Below are positions 53,642 through 64,000 of a DNA stretch of 64,000 nt, in pieces; position 1 is the first letter of the stretch, and each line of letters begins with the position of its first letter. The notes beneath the pieces are model-generated. The model was not told the origin of the DNA. It did no database searches and saw only the letters and a list, made by a program, of their open reading frames with translations. Made by a program: the position numbers and the translations under genes. The DNA comes from Octopus vulgaris (taxonomy: Eukaryota), in NCBI GenBank assembly GCA_951406725.2, contig OX597819.1:115940001-116004000 (forward strand), in the 5' to 3' direction.

Positions 53642-53758
53642 CTCTTACAGATGTTTCCAGAATAGATGCGGGTATGGTGGATATGATGCATTTCTCAGCA
53701 GATGACAATGAGCTTTCTATATATTAATGTATAAGCGGACTGCTTCATCTTCGGAGAG
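53642..53758 (-). ncRNA. Hammerhead-like motif with long stem II region (CCGAAGA core variant)
   Basis: Minus strand CTCT CCGAAGA ...~90 nt... GAAA CATCTG TA AGAG. 4-bp stem I, ACA/TGT stem III; stem II pairs poorly. Confidence 0.42.
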
Positions 53759-53782
53759 GAAAAATTGATGTAGATCCTTATC

Positions 53783-54615
53783 TCTTGTTTCAGTCATTTG
53801 AATGCACGAATTCTGGGGCACATCCTTGGGGAATTTTAGTCGACCGATTCAACCCCAGTAAATATGTTTTCAAAGCCTGGTGCTTATTCTATCAGGTCAT
53901 TTTGTCGGACGGCATAGTTACAGGGATGTAAACACACCAGCACCAATTGTCAAGCGGTGGTTGGTGAAAAACATAAGCACAAAGACACACAAATACGTAC
54001 ATACATATGTATAAAAATTATATATAAAAATACAAAATGGGACAAGAACGCAAAATACACAAAGAGACGACACAGAAAACGGACGGGTCATTCGAAGCCT
54101 CTAATCTTCAGTCAGGAACCGGATCATCCTAGAAAATTTCGGCTGATTAATCCTGATATCGCTCCGATCCGGCCAGCCCCAAGGAAAAACTAAGCTGCGA
54201 ACATTAGATTGCTTGGAAAAAGGATCGAATGTATACGAAACAAGGACAGAAAAACGGACGATGCCACACGAAAATAAATACAAAAAACAAAAATGAAAAT
54301 AAAAACAAGAATGGTAATAACAGGAGAAAAACAGCGGGTGTCTTACGACTTTAGACAATTTAACTTATCTTAGCTGGCATGCATCTATACATACATACAT
54401 ACATACATACATAATACAAGCATGCATGCATGCATACATACACACAGACATACAGACAGAAAAACATACACAAACACACACTCACATGTATATACGACAA
54501 AGCTTTGGTTGGCCTAAGGCTATAGTATAAGACACTTGCACAAGTTTCCACTCAGTAGGACTGAGCCCAGACCCATACGGTTGGGAAGCAAACTTCTTAC
54601 CCCACAACAATTCCT
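53783..54615 (-). mobile_element. SINE family B split by an insertion into its internal microsatellite (tail 53783-53995, head 54494-54615)
   Basis: The two halves are in the correct order and orientation on either side of the 54025-54378 element. Confidence 0.75.
54025..54378. mobile_element. Copy 2 of the 3748-4148 interspersed repeat
   Basis: Colinear and in the same orientation as 3748-4086. Confidence 0.85.
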
Positions 54616-54623
54616 GGGCTTAA

Positions 54624-54656
<33 letters not shown>

Positions 54657-54876
54657 TGTATGTATGTATGTATGTATGTATGTATGTATGTATGTATGCA
54701 TGTATGTATGTATGTACGTACGTATGTATGTATGTATGTATGTATGTTTGTATGCATATATATTCATGCGCGGTACTGATTGAGAATTTATCCTAAATTA
54801 TATTTAACATAGCAATATTTCAAACACACATACATACAAAAATATGCGTTTAAAGACAGAGTGAGAGCACAAGAAT

Positions 54877-54909
<33 letters not shown>

Positions 54910-55431
54910 TGGTAGACACAGAGAGAGAAAGTAAAAGAAAGTGATGGACGGCGATCTTGAAGCAAGAACTTAAACACACGCTTACACGCACACGAGCAAC
55001 CATACAGATACATACAAAGTCAATCTATCCGCATTAAGCCACTTAACCATGAATCCTAATATCAGCACACTTGAAATACGATACTAAACATCCTCAAATG
55101 AAATTTCTCCTTAAAGTACTTTTAATTAAAGTATCAAATTTGAGCACAAAAAAGCACATACACGCAACATCCATAAAACAAACCGAAAAAATTTTAATGA
55201 ATTTAGTAAACAAATTCAGCGAGAAAAAATAAGACAGATACACATACGCAGGTGCTTCACAAAGAAAGAAACTTTAATGACTTTAGTAGATATAGTCAGT
55301 AACAAATAAAGAAATAAACGCACATCTTACGCTGGTTAATGTACAACCTTAATGAGTTTAACTGATAAATTCTGCCAAGAAATTTCCCCATAAAAGCAGA
55401 AAAATATTAATAATGAAGTAAAGATAAAAAT

Positions 55432-55580
55432 ACTTACACCACCCCGCGTACGAACAAATTCAACGAAAATAAACAGCAACGAGAAAATACATTCTTCCCT
55501 ATAAATGAAATCCAACCAATCAAGAGACACAGATACTCTAAGAGCCAACAACCAGAAACAAAAACGAACCAATCAGCGAA
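55432..55580 (-). promoter_or_regulatory. Candidate promoter (two AACCAATCA boxes) with a short non-coding first exon and GTAAGT donor
   Basis: CCAAT at 55516-55520 and 55569-55573, both in AACCAATCA context. Perfect GTAAGT at 55437-55432 on the minus strand. Repeat-free context. Confidence 0.3.
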
Positions 55581-55829
55581 AGGAAGAAACCACACCCAGG
55601 TCCAGAAATTTAAGTGAATAGCCAAACGAAGTTGCTGAGTCGAAACTTTTTTGTTTCGGAGATCGAAGGCACGAATCTCAAGTAACATGATGCTTTGTTT
55701 TATACATACATGCAAACGCACGCGCGCACACTCAAACACACACATATATATATACATGTAATAACAAAATAATATATAAACATATGCATATATACATACA
55801 TATATGTACATACCTAAATCTATATGTAT

Positions 55830-56190
55830 ATATACATGAATATTAGGGGTACGGGACACCAGAAATACGTTGAACACAATGAGAAACGAAAACATAAAAA
55901 CAAAAACATGGAAACGGCCTTTTTTTCAAACAACGAAAAAAAACAGAATACAAGACATACAACACAAGGAATATTCCCCTTATTCAGTTGTCCCTGTTTC
56001 GGTTACTCCGCGTTACGGATGTAAGGACAAGAGGCGACTTCACGAAACAGTCCTTCCCGCAAAGCAAATAAAATAAAATTTGGGAATTTTTGCGGAGGGT
56101 TAAAAGTGGAAACAAGATTAGGACAATATGGTTTTACTGTTTTGTTTTGTTTTTACTGTCCTGTTCTTGTTACCACTTTTACCCTTCCAC
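55830..56190. mobile_element. Unclassified island next to TA-rich microsatellite, ending in a ~30-bp imperfect inverted repeat (56094-56188)
   Basis: GGAGGGTTAAAAGTGGAAACAAGATTAGGACA versus TGTCCTGTTCTTGTTACCACTTTTACCCTTCC. Confidence 0.5.
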
Positions 56191-56497
56191 TTTGTAAGCT
56201 TAGTACTTATTCTATCGGCTTCTTTTGCCGAGCTGCTAAGTTACGAAGACATAAACACACCAGCATCGGTTGTTAAGCGATGTTGGGGGGACAAACACAG
56301 ACACACAAACGTATACACACATACACATTACTATACATATATACGACGGGCTTTCAGTTTCCGTCTACCAAATCCATTCACCGGGCTTTGGTCGACACGA
56401 GGCTATAGCAGAAGACACTTGCCCAAAGTGCCACGCAGTGCGACTGGATCTGGAACCATGTGGTTGGTAAGCAAGCTACTTACCACACATCCACTCT
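56190..56497 (-). mobile_element. SINE family B (3'-truncated)
   Basis: Reverse complement of the family B head, CORE segment, microsatellite and part of the tail. Confidence 0.88.
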
Positions 56498-57001
56498 TAC
56501 ACCTTTTAAGTGGAATTTTTACAAGCATTTTGATTAGGCATGCATTTTGTGGGAATAATAATGCAAGCCCTTGACGATACTGTAGTAAGATTTTGGAGAA
56601 CTAGCAGATACAAAGCTAAAGAACAAATAAAATATCATTGTCTTAGACTAGATAAAGAAACAATGTTTATTGTAATCGAGATGTTATAGCCATTTCACAC
56701 CAGCGTTAGAAGATTTAAAATATAAGAAAACAAAAAGCTTCCAAAACAAAAGATCAAAATATGATATGCACGAGAGAGATTTTAACAATATCAGGATAAA
56801 ACCGAATATTATCGGAGCCTCAGGAAAACAGAGGAAAAAAGAATCACAAGAAAATTTGGAAAATCTTGACCTCAACATGAAACTAGACGGAATACAATAG
56901 AAATAATAAAATAGCAAATATATATACGTATGTGTTTGTGTGTGTGTGTTTATCAATATATACTCTTCTCGCATGCGCTCGCATTCATATAATATATATT
57001 C

Positions 57002-57045
<44 letters not shown>

Positions 57046-57159
57046 GTATTTATATATACATAAAGGTATATATATAGTTATGTATAAATATATATAATTA
57101 TGTATATATACACATATATATAGATATATATATGTATGTATGTATATGTATATATATAT

Positions 57160-57297
<138 letters not shown>

Positions 57298-57707
57298 CTG
57301 ATATGCATATAAATTAAGACAAATCCCTAAACCACCTGAATAGTTATTAATATAGATATAAGAAATATTAATATACACATACACACATAAATATATGTCT
57401 ACATCCCCCCGCCCACCATATGCGTATATACATATACATGTGTGATATGAATATGCGAGTATAAGAGTATAAACCTCGGTGCACCTATAAGAATCTATGA
57501 TATGCGGTAGATTATTGCGATTCACAATAAATCTTTCAAGATTTAAAATAAGCCGATTAACCCTAGCGGAGAAACATTTATATTCAGAGTGTAGAAATAA
57601 AATATCTCCTATGAATGAAAATTAAATCTTACTGAATCCTGTTTCAGACTTTATAGTCATATATATATATATATATGTATATGTATATATATGACTTTAT
57701 AGTCATA

Positions 57708-57808
<101 letters not shown>

Positions 57809-58329
57809 ATATATATATATGTTCATATCTCCCTGTTTGTGTGCATATTTTCACCTTACTCTCTCTTCCTTCTTCTTTCCTCCTCCCCTTCTTCTTCTCC
57901 TTCCTTATCTTCCTCTTACTTCCCCTCTTCTCCCTTCTTCCCCTAATCTCCCTCTTTCCCCCTCATTCCCCTCTCCCTCTTCTGCCTTTCCCCTCTGTCT
58001 CCCCCGTCTTCCCTCGCTTTGCCCCTCTCCCGTATTTTCCCCTTACACCCACCTACCCTCTCTGCCTTTTCCACCCTTCCTCCACTCCACTCCTACCCGT
58101 TGTCGCATTCCTCTCCTTCCCCCTCTCCTCCGTCCATCTTTACATATACATACTTATATGTGCACGCATGCGCAAGCACACACATGTACGCATAAGAAGT
58201 ACATTAAGACAATCAGAAGAAAGCGAGCAAGAAGGCGAACATGACATAAAACATATATGTGTATATATGTAACTATATATATATATATATGTGTGTGTGT
58301 TTATGTAAATATTCATATATGTATATATC

Positions 58330-58893
58330 CATCGATGGAGTAGTTTCTCCATGGCGCAAGCCTGGGCGGTAGAAACGAAGACACTGGGCTGCCCAGACAC
58401 CAGAATCTCCCTCTCGGCCCCCCAGACATAATCCAAAGGAATGCAGTGCAGTACGTTTGGAGTCTGGTTGGCTGCAGGAGTTGCCGGAAAGGGGTCGAGA
58501 TTCGACACCCTACCGCCTTCGGGGCTCCACTCCGGATTTTCTGTCTGGGTTTACTCCCATAGCCTTTCCCTCTCCCAAGAGCATCCGCAAGGCAGCGGAG
58601 CGAGGGTTTGGAGTCAGAGTTTTCCTTCTCCTAGATTGGCTGCCAACCAAGGCTAACGAGCCCAGTCTGCCCACCTGGTTATACCGCCAAGCACCCGGTC
58701 GCGCCACACAGCAGGCTCAGTGAGAACAGGGGGTACCGCGTGAAGGTGCTGCTGTGGACACAGTAGTGCAGGAGAGGCCATTAGCAAGAACTTTCCACAA
58801 GGCGCAGCCAAGTAGAAGTTCTGCAGCGATCATTACACCTGGAGAGGAGAGGCTATGAGTGACGCAATCACTTTCCTTTGCCCCCCAGTGATG
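58330..58893 (-). mobile_element. GC-rich non-coding element resembling an RTE-clade 5' UTR, between (TA)n tracts
   Basis: Minus strand contains GGTTGGCAGCCAATCTAGGAGAAGGAAAACTCTGA, a block I recall from RTE 5' UTRs. Markedly higher GC than the flanks, no credible ORF, HDV-like fold at the 5' end. Confidence 0.7.
58707..58886 (-). ncRNA. HDV-like (CPEB3-type) self-cleaving ribozyme with a long J1/2 insert
   Basis: P1 GGGGGGC(58886-58880)/ACCCCCU(58734-58728) with a G1.U wobble. P2 CACAGCAG/CUGCUGUG, 8 bp. P3 ACC/GGU closing L3 UUCACGC. J4/2 CUGA with candidate catalytic C at 58720. Confidence 0.72.
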
Positions 58894-58917
58894 TATATAT
58901 ATATATATATATATATA

Positions 58918-59082
58918 GGCGTAGGAGTGGCTGTGTGGTAAGTAGCTTGTTTAGCAACCACATGGTTCCGGGTTCAGTCCCACTGCGTGGCACCTTGGGC
59001 CAGTGTCTTCTACTATAGCCTCGGGCCTACAAAAGCCTTGTGAGTGGATTTGGTAGACGGAAACTGAAAGAAGCGTGTCGTA

Positions 59083-59152
<70 letters not shown>

Positions 59153-59378
59153 TGTGTGCGTTTGTGTGTCTATGTTTGTCCCCCTAGCATTGCTTGACGA
59201 CTGATGCTGGTGTGTTTATGTCCCCGTTACTTAGCGGTTCGGCAAAAGAGACCGATAGAATAAGTACTGGGCTTACAAAAGAATAAGTCCCGGGGTCGAG
59301 TTGCTCGATTAAAAAAAGGCGGTGCTCCAGCATGGCCGCAGTCAAATGACTGAAACAACTAAGAGAGAGAGAGAGAGT
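58918..59378 (+). mobile_element. SINE family B, full length (tRNA head, CORE-like segment, internal (TA)n(TG)n, tail)
   Basis: TGGCTGTGTGG A box, GGGTTCAGTCCC B box, CACCTTGGGC-AGTGTC, and tail CCAGCATGGCCGCAGTCAAATGACTGAAACAA. Confidence 0.92.
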
Positions 59379-60361
59379 ATATATACTCGCAAACATGAAT
59401 ACGTTAATACTGCGCGTATATAGATGCATATAAGTATCTTTATAGGTAACTATAGCTTTCTGTGTGTGTTTGAGTGTGTATGTATGCATATATCAATATA
59501 CATATTTGTATCTGACAGTGTCTACATATATACAGATTCGTAGTTATGTGAATACATTCATTTATACGTATATGTATTCGTGTATGCTCTTAAGAATGTA
59601 TCGTTGCACTCTCTATAGCGAAGCCCTGCAACGTTCGCTAATGTTGTCTCTCAATGTACGCTGTTTAGAGTAATTTCTACATAGCTTATATCAATGACTT
59701 CACAATGATTATCCAACACGTCATAATATAGAAGTTTGAAGAGGAATCTAATTCAGAACAATTAGAAAGTATTAATGTATATAAAAAATACAGGGATTAT
59801 TGCGAACTGATTATAGATATCAACGTTATGGTTGAAAAATATTTGTTTGTTGAAGCTTCTGTCTCCGAAACACAATGAATTTGATGTGTATACGTATTAT
59901 ATAATACAATATGAGAATATTTCATAGTAATTCCAGATAAAATTCCTGAAATTACAAGGAAAACCTCTTTCCGATAGTGGTTTTCATTCACGAACATACA
60001 TATTGTCCCAATCGTACATATGAATGTATTGAAACCACTAGGATGTCTTGGACATTGACTGATGAGGAATCAGTTGCGAATTTTTCGTGTATTATCTGGT
60101 ATCTAATCCTCCGTTTGTTATGCTTTTAATTTTTTGCGTTTGTTGTATTAAACACTTGAAACACATACACACACACACACACTCTCACACACACACAATC
60201 ACACACACACACACACACACAGACAAACACACACACATACAATCTTGTTCATCTCAGCTACGTGTATAGAACCAAAATAATTCAGCACGGAATATATTCC
60301 GATTTAATATTTATCAATTAAAGTTAAGGATAAATTCTATTTAAGACTTTATCAAGTTTGA

Positions 60362-60727
60362 GACCCCCTTCGGTCATGACTGACCATGGGATTGCTCCTA
60401 GAAAGTCACCCTCCCAGGCACAAGTCCTGGCAAGGTTGTTTATGGAAGACTAGCAGTTGCCCATGCATACCGGCCTCCCCTCTCTATGCCACCAATGTTA
60501 TCCAAGGGAAAGCCAACAGCAAATGCAGCTTGGCACCTGTGACGTCTCAACTCATTTCTACAGCTGAGTGAACTGGAGCAACGTGAAATAAAGTGTTTGT
60601 CCCCCAAACATCGCTTGAAAACCGATGCTGGTGTGTTTACGCCCCCATAACTTAGTGGTTCGCTAATGGTGCTGCTTCAGCATGGCCACAGACAAATGAC
60701 TGAAACAAGTAAGAGAGTAAAAGAGAT
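60362..60727. mobile_element. Chimera of a minus-strand CORE-type SINE body (60362-60596) and a plus-strand SINE B tail (60593-60727)
   Basis: CAGCTGAGTGAACTGGAGCAACGTGAAATAAAGTGT matches ~109-144, then the sequence switches at GTGT to the family B GTGTTTGTCCCC...CCGATGCTGGTGTGTTTAC. Confidence 0.65.
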
Positions 60728-60874
60728 CATTCTAGGAACATTTAAAGAATCCATGCAACAGATCTGGCAGTCATTTTCAGACTGTAGTGGAAGTGAGGGC
60801 TTTTACTTTGAATAAGTTGTTATCTCGCAGCCATAATCTACTTGGTATTGTTTCACTTTTTAAAAATACTTTCA

Positions 60875-61110
60875 TTTTGGGGTGTGAGATTGTGTTTCAC
60901 ACGAGAATGCTGAAGATGTCTCTGAACATTAACCAATATACACTGAAGATGAAGAATTGATACTGCGGGAGAGACCTAGGATGACATATGTTGATGCCCT
61001 AAGGACAGACACTGGTCTCTAGAAGACACAGGACATGGCAACGATAACGAGGGTCAAGGACCTCTGGAGAGAACTCATCCATCGATCTCGGGAATTTAAA
61101 CCGCCCTTGA
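60875..61110 (+). mobile_element. Highly degenerate RTE-like LINE 3' end
   Basis: Fragments TRMLKMSLNI and RPRMTYVDALRTDTGL...DLWRELI. Confidence 0.5.
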
Positions 61111-61261
61111 TAGACAGACATAGTGTTTTCTTTTCCTTTTATACAAGCTATCAAATTTAGCTCGAACAACTTGTATCCATTCATCCATCCATCCATCCAT
61201 CAATCAATCCATACACACACAGACACACACACACGCACACCTACATACACATACACACACA

Positions 61262-61420
61262 TACGACGAACCTCCACACTATTTCAGTCAACTGATTTAA
61301 CACATAAAGCATTGATCGGCCTGCAGCTATAGTAGAAGACACTTGCTCAAGGTGCCCCGCAGTGAAACTGAACGCGAAACCGTGTGCTTGACAAACAAAC
61401 TTCTAATTACATTGCCTTGC
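61262..61420 (-). mobile_element. Degenerate SINE family B head
   Basis: GCTATAGTAGAAGACACTTGCTCAAGGTGCC-CGCAGTG. Confidence 0.7.
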
Positions 61421-61594
61421 CGACATGAATACTGATGTCTTTTTATTTTCATGTCAATTTAATACACATTTTCGTACTTTAAATCTAGCTCCTAAAGGGT
61501 TCTTTTTATACAATATAGTTCTCTGTGGAGAATTTTGCACTTCATATAGAACCCTACACAAGATTTAGAATTCTTTAAGTTTCCATTATAATAT

Positions 61595-61843
61595 TCTTAT
61601 GCGCCCTTTTCAAGCCTAGCCAGGCTCATGGGCCCGGTTTCCCAGTTTCTATGGCGTATGTGTCCCCCCCCCCAGCTTGACGCGAAAGAGTACAAAAGGG
61701 GTCGCCACCACCCCCTGCCGGAGCCTCGTCGAGCTTTTATGCATTTTCGGTCAATAAACACACACAACGCCCGGTCTGGGAATCGAAACCGCGATCCTCC
61801 GACCGCGAGTCCGCTGCCCTTTCCACTGGGCCATTGCGCCTCC
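61595..61843 (-). mobile_element. tRNA-Arg-like SINE family C with 12-bp TSD, internally deleted
   Basis: Head GGAGGCGCAATGGCCCAGTGG...GGACTCGCGGTCGGAGGATCGCGGTTTCGATTCCCAGACCGGG. CCATTATAATAT at 61583-61594 and 61844-61855. Confidence 0.88.
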
Positions 61844-62211
61844 CCATTATAATATGGAATACTTAATTCTGGTTCTTAAAGAACGTATACTTTTACCAAA
61901 TTCATTAGTTGGAAGAGATCAGCATATTTCATATATGTTTACCATGACATTTGTGAAGATGACATATGTTATGTTCCTTATCCTGTCAACTTCCCAGCAT
62001 GCAACACAGAAAATAACTGCAATTGTCTACGCGTATACAAGCAACATAACCACATCGTTGTTTGATGAAAGGTTAATTAATTGTCTCGTAATACTCCTGA
62101 GTAACAATGTATGTTCTATAAAAGGATTATAACATATCTATTCTAAATAAATAAATTCTTTACATTTTTCGTTTAACAATTAAATACATATGCGCACACA
62201 CACAGAGGCGC

Positions 62212-62353
<142 letters not shown>

Positions 62354-63537
62354 GCGTGCATATGTGGAACACGTACACATAAAATGTGTGTGTGTTAACA
62401 TGTCTGTATGTGTGTGTGATCATAGCAATGTATTAACAGTTATTTATTAATTTAAAATTCCTTTTCAAATTTGCATTGTAACATCCCGAAAGCAAATAAT
62501 AGAATAAAAATTAAAAAGAAAGAGGAAAAAATACGCAAATACCGAATTAATCTAGGCTGAACACAGTTTCAAAAATGAATTTTTGAAAATAGCATAATCT
62601 ACTTTGGAAGTGAGAATGATTTATGAGAAGAAATAAAGAGCGAGAAAAAAATGAGCGAGAACTGAAGAATGGTGAAAGCAGACAATGTAGAACGCGCGTT
62701 GATTACTTGTGTTAATAAATTTTTTGAAAGAAGAATTGCTAAAAGATTAGGCGTAAAGATAACGCTACTGCGGATTTACAATTCGTTCGAAATCATGATG
62801 AAATTGAAACAATGTGAAATTTATTATACTAAAGATGTTTCAATAAAGTGTACCATTATGCTAAGTCTGTGTACTATAAGCCTTCAAAAAAGAAGGAACA
62901 AAATGCAATGTCAACTAGATAATGGATGCGAAAAAGAAAAAAAACAATGTGATATAGAATCCATTTTAGTTTACGAGTATTTATATAAAACGGTGTAAAT
63001 TATAAATACGCTCAAGAATTGACATTAATTTTCTAGTTTTGGTGCAGTAATGCTTTAGGAATATTAATAACAATAATAAAATTTCAAGTCTTTGACATTT
63101 TATTATATTTAACATAAATTGAGCAAAAGTACGTGAATCATTATCTTTATTTTTTCCCATTCACGAAACACGATGTTTTCGAAAATTTCCTTATTTACTT
63201 AAAAATGCATTTTGATCAATATTTTCATGTGAAAGGTTTATTTGAGAACAGACACAAACCACACATACACACACACACACTTTGATAAATTACTTAAACG
63301 TATATATATATGTATGTATATGCATATATGTTTTCACTTAGTTATGTATGCATATATATATATGTGCTTGTTTGTGTAAGAGTGTATAATTGTATTAGCA
63401 CATCAATCGCACGAACGAAATCGGACGCAAACACTTATATACATAGATATGCACGCCGACATACACACTTGAAGTTATATTAGTGACCCCAGGACGCACA
63501 GCATCGAAACAAACGCGTCAATATCTGAGAGTTTTCA

Positions 63538-63724
63538 AGGCGGTGAGATGGCAGAAACGTTTGCACGCGGTATTTACGTTCCGAGTTCAAATTCCGCCGA
63601 GGTCGACTTTCCTTTCCATCCTTTCAAGGTCGAAAAATTAAGTACCATTTGCATACTGGGGTGGTTCTCATAAACTGGCCGTCTCCCCCAAAATTTCGGG
63701 CCTTGTGCCTAGAGTACAAAAGAA
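63538..63724 (+). mobile_element. SINE family A with alternative 3' tail
   Basis: Family A head and central domain, then CCCCAAAATTTCGGGCCTTGTGCC as in the third unit at ~22590-22625. Confidence 0.85.
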
Positions 63725-63794
63725 TATATGTATGTATGTATGTATATATGTATGTATGTATGTATATATGTATATATATGTATATATATATATG

Positions 63795-63832
<38 letters not shown>

Positions 63833-63950
63833 TATATATGTATATATATATAATATATATATATATACATATATATATATATGCATATATACATACATAT
63901 ATATACATATATACATATATATATACATATATACATACATACATACATAC

Positions 63951-63981
<31 letters not shown>

Positions 63982-64000
63982 TAGAAATGGAACAAAAACG

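Noticed and set aside
57855-58140. Proline/leucine-rich ORF 57675-58244
   Set aside because: It is a low-complexity pyrimidine tract joined to (TA)n, with no evidence of coding.
58775-58869. Alternative nested HDV-like fold within the J1/2 insert
   Set aside because: It lacks P1.1 and has weak P2/P3; the 58886-58707 fold fits much better.
60055-60085. CTGATGA hammerhead-like box
   Set aside because: It lies in a simple ACTGAT/ATCAGT hairpin with no GAAA, stem III or stem I partner.

Overview
This is AT-rich, microsatellite-saturated eukaryotic non-coding DNA. Its repeat make-up (tRNA-derived CORE- and Meta-type SINEs, Tc1/mariner relics, and RTE, CR1, R4/Dong and Penelope-like retroelement fragments) strongly suggests an octopus intron or intergenic region; this taxon call is an inference. 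I found no intact protein-coding gene. Nearly all listed ORFs are translated microsatellites, and the few real ones are transposon relics. The most notable signal is a dense set of self-cleaving ribozyme motifs. About a dozen type-I hammerhead-like cores sit in short unique 'islands' inserted in (TA)n tracts, often with long inverted repeats, consistent with Penelope-like pseudo-LTR debris; two carry a U3-A8 compensatory core. One HDV/CPEB3-like ribozyme lies at the 5' end of a ~560-bp non-coding RTE-like element. There are weak hints of a minus-strand host gene (CCAAT promoter and first exon near 55.5 kb, possible ATG exon near 6.45 kb). All calls were made by eye, and element boundaries are approximate.
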